DNA from: Armatimonadota bacterium
Lineage (GTDB): Bacteria > Armatimonadota > SYMT01
Direction of reading: 5' to 3'
Assembly: GCA_041690135.1 (NCBI GenBank)
Contig: JAWLHY010000006.1
Location: forward strand, 358,337-422,336
DNA length: 64,000 nucleotides
The stretch's first letter is position 1; every line of letters starts with the position of its first letter. The notes below the pieces were generated by a model. The model did no database searches. It was not told the origin of the DNA and worked only from the letters and a program-made list of their open reading frames with translations. This document shows, one piece after another, positions 46,359 to 59,196 of this stretch. The translations under genes were made by a program, and so were the position numbers.

Positions 46359-48071
46359 ATGTCGTTTGCTTCACGAGTCGCGGTAGCGAGCCTGGCTGCA
46401 ATGCTGTCCCTGGGGGGGGTGGGCTGTGGGAAGCGATCCACACCCGCCGCGAAGGCTGCCGAAGCCGCCTTTCCTTTCACCGAAATCGCTCGCGGCGCCG
46501 GTGTGGATTTCCAGCATCTCAACGGGCAGTCCGGGGGGGCTAACATCGTCGAGACCACCGGCTCCGGATGCGGAGTGTTCGACTACGATAATGATGGCTG
46601 GTTGGACCTGTTCCTGGTGAATGGGAAGTCGCCACCTGCGGATGGATGCCGGCTGTACCGGAACAATCGCGACGGCACGTTCAGAGATGTCACTGCGGAG
46701 ACCGGGGTCTCGGGCCCCCGGAACTCCGTAGGGATGGGCTGCGCCACGGGAGACTACGATCAGGATGGCCACATCGACCTGTACGTAACGTATTGGGGCA
46801 AGAACGTGCTGTTCCGGAACCTGGGGAACGGCAGGTTCCAGGATGTGACCGCCTCGGCCGGCGTGGCCGTAGGGGGCTTCTCAACGGCGGCGGCGCTGGC
46901 GGACCTGGATACCGACGGATGGCCGGACCTGTACGTAGCCCGCTATTGCGAGTTCAACCAGAGGTCGAAACAACTCTGCCAGAATCAGGGGGTGCCTACC
47001 AGTTGCCCCCCCTACTACTACCCGGCCGAACCGGACGTCGTCTTTAAGAACCTCGGCAACGGCCGCTTTCGCGACGTAACGCGCGAGTGGGGGATGACGG
47101 AGAAAACGGGGCGCGGCCTCGGCGTATGCGTGGTCGATTACAACCGGGACGGCCGCCTCGACCTGTTCGTCGCCAATGACGGCTCCGCCAACTTCCTGTA
47201 TCAGAAGGGCAGCAATCAGCAATGGTCGGAAGTCGCGTCCCGGGAGGGTATCGCCCTGAACGACACCGGCGCCGCCGTAGCGAACATGGGGTGCGACTTC
47301 GGAGATTTCCTGGGCGACGGTACCCTGGGTGCGACGACGGGGGTATTCCAGAATGAGGTTCAACCCGTGTGGCGTTACCAACCGGGAGTTGGCTTCCAGC
47401 AGGTCACGCTTCAAGTGGGACTCCAGACGGCGGCGACCCCTTTTGTTACCTTTGGATTGGGCTTCTCGGACCTGGACAACGATGGGTGGCTGGATCTCTT
47501 CCAGGCCAATGGACACGTACAGGACCGCATCGCGCAGATCGACAAGAACTGCACCTACCCCCAGACCCGCAGTTTCTTCCGGAATACCGGCCAGGGGACT
47601 TTCGAGGACCTCACAACCCGGTGTGGACCGGCGTTGAGAGAGGCGGCAGTGGGCCGTGGCGTCGCTTTCGGAGACCTGGATAACGACGGAGACATCGACC
47701 TGTTGGTTAGCAACAACAATGGTCGCGCGATGCTGCTCCGAAACGACCATCCCCCCCAAAACTGGGTGCAACTTCGCCTGATCAACGGATCCCGGAACTG
47801 GGAGGCGGCCGGCGCAGAGGTAGAGCTCCACGCTGGAGGGCGGAAGTTCCTTCGCTACGTACGAACGAGTGGCAGCTACGCCTCCGCCAACGATCCGCGC
47901 GTACACATTGGCCTCGGAAAGATCGACACCGTCGAACGCATCTTGATCCGGTGGCCCGATGGTACCAGAACGGAACATCCCGGGGTGCCCATCAACCGGA
48001 TCACGCCCCTACTCCGGCCTTCGACCCGACCTCCCGCGGCGCTGGAAAAGCTTCTCGTGGACGGCCGATGA
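46359..48071 (+). CDS. CRTAC1/ASPIC-UnbV family FG-GAP repeat lipoprotein
   Basis: DYDNDGWLDL-type repeats, GRGVAFGDLDNDGDIDL, SYAS..D.RVHIGLG and I.WPDG. Confidence 0.9.
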   Translation: MSFASRVAVASLAAMLSLGGVGCGKRSTPAAKAAEAAFPFTEIARGAGVDFQHLNGQSGGANIVETTGSGCGVFDYDNDGWLDLFLVNGKSPPADGCRLYRNNRDGTFRDVTAETGVSGPRNSVGMGCATGDYDQDGHIDLYVTYWGKNVLFRNLGNGRFQDVTASAGVAVGGFSTAAALADLDTDGWPDLYVARYCEFNQRSKQLCQNQGVPTSCPPYYYPAEPDVVFKNLGNGRFRDVTREWGMTEKTGRGLGVCVVDYNRDGRLDLFVANDGSANFLYQKGSNQQWSEVASREGIALNDTGAAVANMGCDFGDFLGDGTLGATTGVFQNEVQPVWRYQPGVGFQQVTLQVGLQTAATPFVTFGLGFSDLDNDGWLDLFQANGHVQDRIAQIDKNCTYPQTRSFFRNTGQGTFEDLTTRCGPALREAAVGRGVAFGDLDNDGDIDLLVSNNNGRAMLLRNDHPPQNWVQLRLINGSRNWEAAGAEVELHAGGRKFLRYVRTSGSYASANDPRVHIGLGKIDTVERILIRWPDGTRTEHPGVPINRITPLLRPSTRPPAALEKLLVDGR

Positions 48072-48117
48072 CGAGGGTCGGGAAGAAGATCCAGGGGAAC
48101 TTCTTCCCGACCCTCGT
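48071..48117. terminator. Inverted repeat between convergent genes, probable bidirectional terminator
   Basis: ACGAGGGTCGGGAAGAAG-N11-CTTCTTCCCGACCCTCGT. Confidence 0.7.
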
Positions 48118-48140
48118 TTCCTTTTCGACCCGGGAAACGG

Positions 48141-49373
48141 CTATCCTGCCGGGAGAGCCTCCGGGGGTTCCCCCTGTGAACGAGGACGTTTACCCAGCTG
48201 TTCCACTTCTTCAGCGCCTCGTCGCGCTACTTGGTTCGCCGGCTCCAACGCCAGCGCAGCCGCGTAAGCGGCGCGTGCATCGCCGAAGGCCCGCTGTCGG
48301 GCGCACACCTGGCCCAAACGGATCAGGTTGTTCGCCAGATCCACTCCCGCATCGATCTGCGCTTCCACGCTTTTCCGCTGGCGCTCTAGCGCCAGCGCCC
48401 GATCCAGTTGGCGCTTCGTCCGCTCCAGCACCGGTGTGGTTTCCACCCGCCCATAGGTTTCGACGAGCAGCTTGAGAGCCTCCACATTCAGCGGATCGTA
48501 ATCAACAGCCAACTGAAGCGACTGGGTCGAATTTACCTTGTCACCCTGGGCCAACCAGACCCGAGCCGCCGCTACGTGTGCTGCCGCTTTATGGTCGAGG
48601 GAAAACTGCAGCACACGGTTGTACTCGATGATGGCTTTCTGGCGGTCATCATCACTGCCGGTGGCGGCCAACGCCTCCCCCAGATAAAGCCGGGCCTCGA
48701 GGTCGGAGGGGTCATTGCGGAGGGCCGCTTCCAGCTCACCGCGACCTTCACCGTGACGACCCGCCCGCACTAACGCGATACCCAGTAGCGCGCGCCCACG
48801 TGGGCGGTCCGGATCGAGCTCCACCGCCCGCCGCAGTGCTTTTACGGCTTCGGCCGGGTCATCGAGCTTGACGGCGAGATTCCCGAGCGTATACCAGGCA
48901 TCCGCCTGGCCACTGTCTAGCTTCAGTGCCCGCCACAGTTGTTCCCGTGCCACGTGGTAACGGAGACAGCTCCCATAGATGGCCGCCAACAGAAATCGTG
49001 CATCGGCGCGGTCCGGCCACTGGGCCACGGTCTTCTCCGCGATGGCCTGAGCCGACTTCCAGGCACCGGAGGCATACGAAGCACGGGCCCATCCCGTCCA
49101 TGCCTCCGCCGCAGTAGGGCGCAACTCTGCGGCGCGCGCGTAGGTCCGGGCAGCATCCGTCAAGTAACCGTTGCGCTCCTGCCGGCGCGCGGCTTCATAC
49201 ACCAGGACATAAGAGGCACTCTCACCGGCAGCCACCCGAACCAGAGCCTCGTCGGACATCTTTGCTGCTCTCCAGCGAACCAGTTCTCCCGTGGCGGTAA
49301 GCCGAAGCCCAACCCCGCTTACAATGGCTAAGAGCCCGGCCCCCGCCAGCACCACGACCCGCCGTTTCTTCAT
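48141..49373 (-). CDS. Membrane-anchored TPR protein
   Basis: KKRR followed by a hydrophobic anchor; TPR repeats. Confidence 0.85.
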   Translation of the reverse strand: MKKRRVVVLAGAGLLAIVSGVGLRLTATGELVRWRAAKMSDEALVRVAAGESASYVLVYEAARRQERNGYLTDAARTYARAAELRPTAAEAWTGWARASYASGAWKSAQAIAEKTVAQWPDRADARFLLAAIYGSCLRYHVAREQLWRALKLDSGQADAWYTLGNLAVKLDDPAEAVKALRRAVELDPDRPRGRALLGIALVRAGRHGEGRGELEAALRNDPSDLEARLYLGEALAATGSDDDRQKAIIEYNRVLQFSLDHKAAAHVAAARVWLAQGDKVNSTQSLQLAVDYDPLNVEALKLLVETYGRVETTPVLERTKRQLDRALALERQRKSVEAQIDAGVDLANNLIRLGQVCARQRAFGDARAAYAAALALEPANQVARRGAEEVEQLGKRPRSQGEPPEALPAG

Positions 49374-49404
49374 TGTCCCTCTCCGCGCTGCATTGGCAGC
49401 CAGG

Positions 49405-51204
49405 TCATTGCACGTTCGTCACCCCACGCCGAACCACCACCCGGCGGTTCACAGCGCCACAAGAAATTTCTTGTTTCTCACCATCGGGCCATACCACCTG
49501 GAAAGTGGCTACTTCCCGGACATCCCCCAGCCCAAAGTGAAGTTCCGCCGCGCTGCTGGAGAGAAAACTCGAGGCCGGCGAAACCTCGCGGACGTGAGAA
49601 CCGGAAGAGGTTGTAATTACCACACGCGCCCCGTAGGCGAAGCGATTGGAGCCCTGGTCGCGGAGGTCCACCGTGAGCCAGTTACCTGTCGCCTCTCGGG
49701 TGTTCCGCAAGAGGAGGGGGGTTCCTTCGCGATCCACCACCAGAAGATCCAACCGGCCGTCGCGATCGTAATCCGCAGTTGCCAGCCCCCGGCCGACGAT
49801 CGGCTTTCCCAGGTCCGGACCGGCAACCGCGCTGACGTCTTCGAACCGCCGCCCTTCCCGGTTCCGGAACAACTGCATCGACTGGCGATAGGCACTGGCC
49901 GCGTCGAAATCGGCGACGTTATCGTATACATGCCCATTGGCAAAGATGAGATCGAGCCAACCGTCGTTGTCGAAATCCAACCACTTGGTCCCAAAGCCGA
50001 GCGGCTTCGTCGTCGGCTCCGCAATCCCAATCCTGGCACTCACGTTCTCAAAGTAGGCGCCCTGGTCCCGGTACACCGAGTAGGGTTCATCCGAAAAGGC
50101 GGTTACGACCAGATCCTGGCGCCCGTCCCGATCGTAATCCCCCCAGTCCACCCCCATTCCGGCCTGGGCCTGGCCGAACACCCCCAGCGCTACTCCACGA
50201 GCGACGGCGACGTTGCGGAACCGCATCCCGCCCTGGTTCTGAAAGAAGTCGCCGGGCACTCCATCGTTTGCCAGATAGAAATCCTGGCGACCATCCCGGT
50301 CATAATCGGTGAAACCCAGGGCCAACACTTTCCCACCCGCCTGGTCCATGCCTGAACGAGACGTAACGTCCGTGAAGGAGCCGTTTCCATCATTCCGGTA
50401 CAACCGGGGATGTTGAGGTCGATAAGTGTGGGGCGGGCAACCACTGGTAACACCTGGCTTCATCTCGCAGTAACGGGGCGCCTGTGCATCGAACACCACA
50501 TAGTTCCCCACCAACAGATCGAGGTCGCCGTCGGCATCGAGATCCATGAAACCCGCACTACTTCCCCACCCGGAGGGCCGAAGCGCGGAGGCGGCTGTTA
50601 CATCCACATATGCCGGACCGGGTCCGCTTCGCAGCAAGCAGATGTCGTTGAAACCGGTCAGCAGGATATCCAACTTCCCGTCACCGTTGTAATCACCGAC
50701 CGCACATCCTTTCCAGGCACCCCGAATCCGATGTAAGCCGGCGGCATGCGTATGATTGCGAAACCTGCCATTACGAAGGTTAAGGTACAGATGGGGACTC
50801 GGTTCGCTGACCAGTAAGATATCCTGCCATCCATCTCCATTCGCATCGAAGAACGCGCAGCCGTTGCCGAACGATTGGAGGTTGGTCAGTGGCCGACTGC
50901 CTTCCGCAGCCCAACGAGTGGCCAGCCCAGCCCTTATTGCCATGTCCTGAAACCATGCGGGACTGATCTTGGCAGGTTTCTCCAACGCTTTTGCGGGGGG
51001 CCGGCATCCCACTCCTACGGCGGTCATCACGAGCGCAAGAGTAGCCAGCGCCCAGGCGGGAAGGCGCTCGGATCGGTGCGGCGCCGACTTCGCTTCCCGA
51101 AGTGGTGAAACGATGCCCCGGCGGCCAGGGTGGGAGGAGTGGGAGCGCTGGGAAGGCATGAAGGGGTGACAGGCGGCAGCAAGGGAGGAACTGCTGGCGT
51201 TCAT
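49405..51204 (-). CDS. CRTAC1/ASPIC-UnbV family FG-GAP repeat protein
   Basis: DxDxDG repeats, GMGVDWGDYD and SFLSSS..LHFGLG; start uncertain. Confidence 0.88.
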   Translation of the reverse strand: MNASSSSLAAACHPFMPSQRSHSSHPGRRGIVSPLREAKSAPHRSERLPAWALATLALVMTAVGVGCRPPAKALEKPAKISPAWFQDMAIRAGLATRWAAEGSRPLTNLQSFGNGCAFFDANGDGWQDILLVSEPSPHLYLNLRNGRFRNHTHAAGLHRIRGAWKGCAVGDYNGDGKLDILLTGFNDICLLRSGPGPAYVDVTAASALRPSGWGSSAGFMDLDADGDLDLLVGNYVVFDAQAPRYCEMKPGVTSGCPPHTYRPQHPRLYRNDGNGSFTDVTSRSGMDQAGGKVLALGFTDYDRDGRQDFYLANDGVPGDFFQNQGGMRFRNVAVARGVALGVFGQAQAGMGVDWGDYDRDGRQDLVVTAFSDEPYSVYRDQGAYFENVSARIGIAEPTTKPLGFGTKWLDFDNDGWLDLIFANGHVYDNVADFDAASAYRQSMQLFRNREGRRFEDVSAVAGPDLGKPIVGRGLATADYDRDGRLDLLVVDREGTPLLLRNTREATGNWLTVDLRDQGSNRFAYGARVVITTSSGSHVREVSPASSFLSSSAAELHFGLGDVREVATFQVVWPDGEKQEISCGAVNRRVVVRRGVTNVQ

Positions 51205-51330
51205 CCTCTCATCGGATACTTCCGCAGCCAGGTACTGGATTCCTATCCATCCGAGAATTGCGGACGACAGCCGATGATCCAGAGGTATTACCGGCACATC
51301 CGCCCTACATGACAGGTGTGGAGGTTCGTC

Positions 51331-51717
51331 ATGTCGCAACCAGCCCCCGTCGTGAAGCGGCGATTACTGATTCTGGGCCTACTCGTAATTGGAGTGTTGA
51401 TTACCCTTGATTTCTTGCGCGTATCCCTGCTGGCGGCGCAGGAACGGCAAGCCCGGACCCATGCAAGAGTGGCGAGTGTGGATTCCAGGCTCCAACAATT
51501 GAGCCCGGAGTACGGCTTGCTGATCCGGGAACTGGACGAGCATCCTCAGGATGAAGCGGTAATCGAAAAGGTGAGCTCGGCTGTACGCAAACTGATGAAG
51601 CGTGCCAAGGGTTATACCACCAACCTGAACGCGGGAGAACTGGCCTTCGTGCAGGCGTACCGATTGCGCCAGATGCGCGCCTACGAACGTTACGGTAAGG
51701 CTTATCCGCAACCGTAG
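51331..51717 (+). CDS. Small membrane-anchored hypothetical protein
   Basis: GGAGG RBS and N-terminal TM helix. Confidence 0.6.
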   Translation: MSQPAPVVKRRLLILGLLVIGVLITLDFLRVSLLAAQERQARTHARVASVDSRLQQLSPEYGLLIRELDEHPQDEAVIEKVSSAVRKLMKRAKGYTTNLNAGELAFVQAYRLRQMRAYERYGKAYPQP

Positions 51718-51760
51718 TGGAGATCCAGTTCACCTGCCGACCTTCCGGCCCAGGACGCAA

Positions 51761-53458
51761 TCACCTTTCCACTTGGAGGTACTCACCGGCGGTAACTCCA
51801 GTGAGTATGCGCCGGGAACCGTCCGGCCATTGGACCACGATCCGATTCGTGGATGCGGCACTACCCAGGCCGAAGTGGAGCACGGGCGAACTGCTCGAGA
51901 GATAGCTCGAAGCGGGTGACACTTCCCGAACCAGGGGACCCTGGGGCGTTTCGACGGTCACCCGCGCTCCGTAGGCGAAGGGGTTCGGGCCGGGCTGGCG
52001 CAGCTCGATCTCCAGCCAGTTGCCGGCGGGCTGCTCGTTCCGCAGGAGCAGCGGCGCGCCGCCGTAATCCACCGCCAGCAGGTCAACGCGGCCGTCGCGA
52101 TCGTAGTCCCCGGTGGCGAGACCCCGACCCACGATCGGGCGAGATGCCGCGCTGCCGGCCTGGGCAGTGACCTCCGCAAACTTGCGGCCTTCCCGGTTGG
52201 CGAAGAGCTGCAGCGGCTGGCGGAAGGTGAGGCGGTTGTCGATCAGATGGACGTTATCATGGATGTGGCCGTTAGTGAAGGCCACATCGAGCCAGCCGTC
52301 GTTATCCAGGTCGAGCCACTTAACGCCGAAGCCCAGAGGCAGGTAGGTGGGGTCCCCGATCCCGACCTGGGTGCTGACCTGCTCGAAGTCTCCTTCGCGT
52401 TGACGGTAGACGGCGTAGGCCTCATCCGAAAACGCGGTCACGGCAAGATCCAGCCGCCCGTCGCGGTCATAGTCGCCCCAGTCCACGCCCATGCCGGCGT
52501 GGGTGCCGCCGCTGACGCCCATGGCCACTCCCTGTGCCAGCGCCACGTTCTCGAAGCGGAGTCCGCCCAGGTTGCGGAAGAGGTCGCCGGGAGTGCCATC
52601 ATTGGCGAAATAGAGGTCCATCCGGCCGTCACGGTCGAAGTCGGTAAAACCCAGCGCCAGGTTCTTGCCGCCGGAGCGGTGCAAGCCGGTATCGGTCGTC
52701 ACCTCGGTGAACGTCGCATCTCCGTCGTTCCGGAAGAGGCGGGGAAACTGGGGCGCATAGCGCTCCGGAGTGCAAGACGAAAAGACACCCGGCCGCAACT
52801 CGCAGTAGCGTGGAGCGTAGGGGTCCAACTCCAGGTACTGGCCAACTACCAGGTCGAGGTCCTCATCCCCATCCAGGTCCATGAGCCCGGCGCTACTGGC
52901 CCAGCCACCCGGCTTGATGCCCGCCTGCAGGGTGACGTCGCGAAAGCGACCACCGGCTTCCGCCCGGAGCAGCTTGAGGGTGTTGAGACCCGTCAGCAAG
53001 AGATCCGGCCGGGCATCGCCATTGATGTCCCCCACCGCGCAGCCGCTCCAGTTGCCTTTGATCTGGGCCAGTCCGGATTCGGCCGTCGCGTCCCGAAATG
53101 TGCCGTCCCTGCGGTTCAGGTACAGCCCGCAGGCGGGGCTCCCCACCAGCAGGACATCGAGCCAGCCATCGGAATCGGCATCCAGGAAGGCGCAGCCGGC
53201 CCCAAAGGTTTCCACGTTGGAGAGCGGAGAGCGTTTAAGTTCCGGCCAGCGGTAGGTGATGCCCGCCTCCGCCGTCACGTCACGGAGCCAGGCGGAGGTG
53301 CTTTTGGCCGGAGCGGGATTCGCGGGCCCGTTGGGCGAAATCGCCGGACGCTCCGGCCGGCAACCGCCCAACACCAGCACCAGCCCGGCGATTACCGGGG
53401 AGAGGAGCCGCTGGGAACGGGGCCGGGTGGACGGATTGCCGAGCAGAACGGGTTGCAT
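51761..53458 (-). CDS. CRTAC1/ASPIC-UnbV family FG-GAP repeat lipoprotein
   Basis: Lipobox LGGC, DxDxDG repeats and SYLSSSSPVLHFGLG. Confidence 0.9.
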   Translation of the reverse strand: MQPVLLGNPSTRPRSQRLLSPVIAGLVLVLGGCRPERPAISPNGPANPAPAKSTSAWLRDVTAEAGITYRWPELKRSPLSNVETFGAGCAFLDADSDGWLDVLLVGSPACGLYLNRRDGTFRDATAESGLAQIKGNWSGCAVGDINGDARPDLLLTGLNTLKLLRAEAGGRFRDVTLQAGIKPGGWASSAGLMDLDGDEDLDLVVGQYLELDPYAPRYCELRPGVFSSCTPERYAPQFPRLFRNDGDATFTEVTTDTGLHRSGGKNLALGFTDFDRDGRMDLYFANDGTPGDLFRNLGGLRFENVALAQGVAMGVSGGTHAGMGVDWGDYDRDGRLDLAVTAFSDEAYAVYRQREGDFEQVSTQVGIGDPTYLPLGFGVKWLDLDNDGWLDVAFTNGHIHDNVHLIDNRLTFRQPLQLFANREGRKFAEVTAQAGSAASRPIVGRGLATGDYDRDGRVDLLAVDYGGAPLLLRNEQPAGNWLEIELRQPGPNPFAYGARVTVETPQGPLVREVSPASSYLSSSSPVLHFGLGSAASTNRIVVQWPDGSRRILTGVTAGEYLQVER

Positions 53459-53500
53459 TCGAGGCCTTTGCGCAGACCGGGTGAAAACGTTGAAAGGGCC

Positions 53501-53930
53501 GTAAGGATATACGGTCGGCGCGGCGTGCGGGTAGTCGCAAAAGTGATGGCGTTTTGCAGGACGATAGGGGCGGTGGGCGAGGAGTACCCATCATTTGGCC
53601 GAACAGGATCAACATCGCTGCCTACGGAATGGAACGGCGTCACATCCCCTACCATCCGGAGGCAGAGGGTACCCCGTCTCGCTTCACGATTGTGCGCTCA
53701 CAATTGGGTACCGCACCTGTAGGGAACGTCTCGCCGCAGTGTTCCGCCGTGATGGGGATGATCCCGTCGCGCAAAACGGTGCGTGCTGAGGTTCGAGGGT
53801 CTTTCCCGTTTGGCCGAACGGGATCAGATTCGTTCACTTCGGAATGGAACGGCGTCGCATTCCCTACAGTATTGCAGCAATGGGTACACCGTTTCGCCTT
53901 ACCGGCGAGCGGTCGAACTGCTTGCGGTAG
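53501..53930. repeat. REP/BIME-like array, left arm (unit about 215 bp)
   Basis: REP-B at 53626-53652 and 53841-53867; REP-A at 53719-53745; degenerate copy near 53501. Confidence 0.85.
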
Positions 53931-53942
53931 GCGAACTGCCAT

Positions 53943-54533
53943 TCACCCGCGCGGATCTTGGTAGGTCTCCTCGTCCCACCAGGGATCGACAATGCCGGAG
54001 TAGGGGTACTCAAGCCAGTCTTCGACCAGGCCCTTTCTCACCGGATTTTCCAGGGTGTAGCGTGCTGCGTCGTCAATCGAGTCGCCCCAACGGATGATCC
54101 GGTCGTAGCTACTCTTCTGCCACAAGCGCCCCTCGCCCCCCAGTTTCCACCAGACCTGGGTAGTTGTGTATTTCTTGAAATCGCCGATCTGATCGAGCAC
54201 ACTGGCTGGTACCAGGCCCCTGCTTCCGCCGTCGAGAAGCCGTGAGTCATCTCCAGTCAACTGAAGCAAGAAATGGAGATGGTCCGGCATGAGGCAATAG
54301 GCATACAGCTTCCAACGATGCCGTTCCCGGCGCCAGAGGAGTGATGAGACCACCGAACGCGCGAGTCCACCATGAAGGAACAAGTCGCCGTGCTGACGGG
54401 CACACAGCGTGAAGTAGTAGATGCATTCGGATTGAGCGTAAGCTTCAGCCGGCAGGCGATGAGGACGGCGAGTGGATTGGGGACGATCGTTCAGGTAGTC
54501 GATTAGGTCCTGTGCCGGGTGATTATGCCGCAT
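53943..54533 (-). mobile_element. rayT: REP-associated tyrosine transposase (RAYT, Y1 HUH)
   Basis: YYFTLC, YCLMPDHLH (HUH), FKKYT, LWQKSSYDRIIR and YTLENPVRKGLV; flanked by GTAG-REPs. Confidence 0.9.
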
Positions 54534-54599
54534 CGGAGAGAATCCCTGTGCGAAGTTGAATGAGCGCTAGGGTACTCTTATTTCCGATTCGACGGCCGG

Positions 54600-55220
54600 G
54601 CGCTGTTTCCTCCGCCGGGTGTACTTCAGCTGTCTTGACGCTGATCTCGTCATGCAAAGCGGCACGAGTCCTAGACCGGGGGTTCCAGCATTCGGCCTGA
54701 CACGATCAGTTTCCCTATCTGCGGAATGGAACGGCGTCACATTCCCTACAGTACTGCGGCAGAAGGCATGCCGTTTCGCTGCCCCGGCGAGCGGGCGCAT
54801 AGTGGAAGAACACCTGTAGGGAACGTCTCGCCGCAGCGTTCCATTGTCCTGGCGCTGCTCCCGTTGTGTAAGAACGTGCCGATCGAGGTCCGGGGGTTCC
54901 ACCGTTTGGCTGAACGGGATCAGAATCGTTCACTGCGGAATGGAACGGCGTAGCATTCCCTACAGTATTGCGCCAGAGGGCATACGGTTTCGCTTCCCCG
55001 GCGTACGGGCGCATGGTGGAAACGCATCTGTAGGGAACGTTTCGCCGCAGCGTTCCGCCGTGACGGAGGCGATACCGTCGCGCAGAACGGTAGGGGCCGT
55101 GGCCCAGATGTGCTCGCGGTTTGCCACAACAAGATCAGCTTCGTTGAATTCGGAGTGGAGCGGCGTCGCATTCGCTACCGTGCGGAGGGATAGCGTGCAC
55201 CATTTTGCTTCAGGGTTGTG
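54600..55220. repeat. REP/BIME-like array, right arm (unit about 214-215 bp)
   Basis: REP-B at 54723, 54937 and 55152; REP-A at 54816 and 55030. Confidence 0.88.
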
Positions 55221-55237
55221 CGAATAGGGATGCCACG

Positions 55238-55275
55238 AAAAAAGACCGGGGCGCCGCGCGGCGCCCCGGTCTTTT
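55238..55275 (-). terminator. Rho-independent terminator of clpC
   Basis: AAAAAAGACCGGGGCGCCG..CGGCGCCCCGGTCTTTT. Confidence 0.8.
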
Positions 55276-55299
55276 CTGTTACGATCCCGGCCGTCCGGA

Positions 55300-57780
<2,481 letters not shown>

Positions 57781-57845
57781 TATCCTAATATCCTCCTACT
57801 AATCTCTCTACCGTCTTTTTAACAGGATGGAAACCCATAAGACAA

Positions 57846-57880
57846 CAGCGAAGGGCGGGGCTTCCCCCAATCCCTTCGCT
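57846..57880 (-). terminator. Hairpin downstream of ilvE
   Basis: CAGCGAAGGG...CCCTTCGCTG with a T-rich tail on the minus strand. Confidence 0.45.
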
Positions 57881-57909
57881 GAGGCTTCCGCGCCGGTTCT
57901 GCGGATGAC

Positions 57910-58830
57910 CTAACGGTTTTCGGGATCGGAGGGCGATATTTCCGTGCCCTGCGAATTCACCGTTTCCCGGAATGCCGCAATCAGCATCCGCGTGACCGGA
58001 CCGGGCGTCCCGTCCCCAATCGGACGGTCGTCCACCCGGACCACCGGTATAACTTCTGCCCCCGTGCCGGTCAGGAAAACTTCATCCGCGCCATAGACGG
58101 TCGTCATCGTGAAGACCTGCTCCTGACACGCAATTCCCAACCGGTCGGCAATCTCAATCACCGTGTTGCGGGTAATGCCCTCCAGTATACCCACGTAAGT
58201 GGGAGGAGTCATGAGCGCCCCACCCTTGATGACGAAGATGTTGTCCCCCGTGGCTTCGGCCACGTAGCCGTCGAGGTTGAGCATCAGGCCCTCCCCCACG
58301 GGTACCTCGCCTCCGGCCTTGGCGGCGCGATTCACCTCGATCTTCGCCAGGATGTTGTTCAGGTAATTGAGCGACTTGATGTTCGGATCGAGCGCAGCGG
58401 GCGAATTGCGACGCGTGGACGTCGTAATCACCGCCATGCCGTTTTCGTACATCGACTTCGGATACATCGTGAGCCGGTCGGCGATGATCACCACCGAAGC
58501 CTGGCCGTGGCAGTTCCGGGGATCGATGCCGAGATCGCCCGGACCACGGGATACGACGACGCGGATATACCCGTCCGTGATCCCGTTGCGGCGGCAGGTC
58601 TCCAGGACCAGCTCGCACATCTCTTCCGGCGAGTGCGGGATTTCGAGCATGATCGCCCCCGCCGACCGGTAGAGGCGCTCTACATGCTCTTCCAGCTTGA
58701 ACACCCGGCCACTGTAGGCCCGGATGCCTTCGAAGACCCCATCGCCATAGAGAAAGCCGTGGTCGTAGACCGAAATCCGCGCTTCCTCCTTGGGAACGAA
58801 CTCTCCGCTAACGTATACCAACAGGCTCAT
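57910..58830 (-). CDS. ilvE: Branched-chain amino acid aminotransferase (class IV)
   Basis: DHGFLYGDGVFEGIR, IKSLNY, EATGDN, LEGITR and FLTGT. Confidence 0.92.
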   Translation of the reverse strand: MSLLVYVSGEFVPKEEARISVYDHGFLYGDGVFEGIRAYSGRVFKLEEHVERLYRSAGAIMLEIPHSPEEMCELVLETCRRNGITDGYIRVVVSRGPGDLGIDPRNCHGQASVVIIADRLTMYPKSMYENGMAVITTSTRRNSPAALDPNIKSLNYLNNILAKIEVNRAAKAGGEVPVGEGLMLNLDGYVAEATGDNIFVIKGGALMTPPTYVGILEGITRNTVIEIADRLGIACQEQVFTMTTVYGADEVFLTGTGAEVIPVVRVDDRPIGDGTPGPVTRMLIAAFRETVNSQGTEISPSDPENR

Positions 58831-58903
58831 GCACGCTGCTCCTGCGCCTAACCAAGCTTGGCTGAGTATACCACGCGCAACCCCAATGAACAACGGGAGA
58901 TAG

Positions 58904-59002
58904 GAGTGCGGACATCCCGTCCGCCGGGTGGTCGGGCGTTGGGCATTGGGCCCCCCGCAGGGGGTAAACGTTGGGCGTTGGGCCCCCGAGGGGGTTAAAC
59001 GT
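58904..59002. repeat. REP-like palindrome plus heptamer (GTTGGGC) repeats
   Basis: GCGGAC-ATCCC-GTCCGC; GTCGGGC GTTGGGC ATTGGGC ... GTTGGGC GTTGGGC. Confidence 0.55.
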
Positions 59003-59196
59003 CAGGGGTTCAAGTTTTCAGATAGCCAGGTGGTCGGGTGTTGGGCCACCCCGCCGGGGATGACGTAGGCTGGTGGAGGTTGGACGGATCGGTCGGACCG
59101 GACCGATGGGACGAAGGTGGCTTTGGCTGGTGGTAGACTTCCGCGTTCAACCCCTGGCCCCCGAGGAGGGCATCCACTTTCAACCTTCAACCTGCG

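Noticed and set aside
53501-55220. Regularly spaced 27-bp repeats as a CRISPR array
   Set aside because: The repeats alternate in orientation, the linkers are long (about 66 and 94-95 bp) and homologous to each other, no cas genes are present, and a RAYT sits in the middle.
57781-57909. CIRCE or CtsR operator upstream of clpC
   Set aside because: Neither TTAGCACTC-N9-GAGTGCTAA nor the GTCAAA heptad repeat is present.
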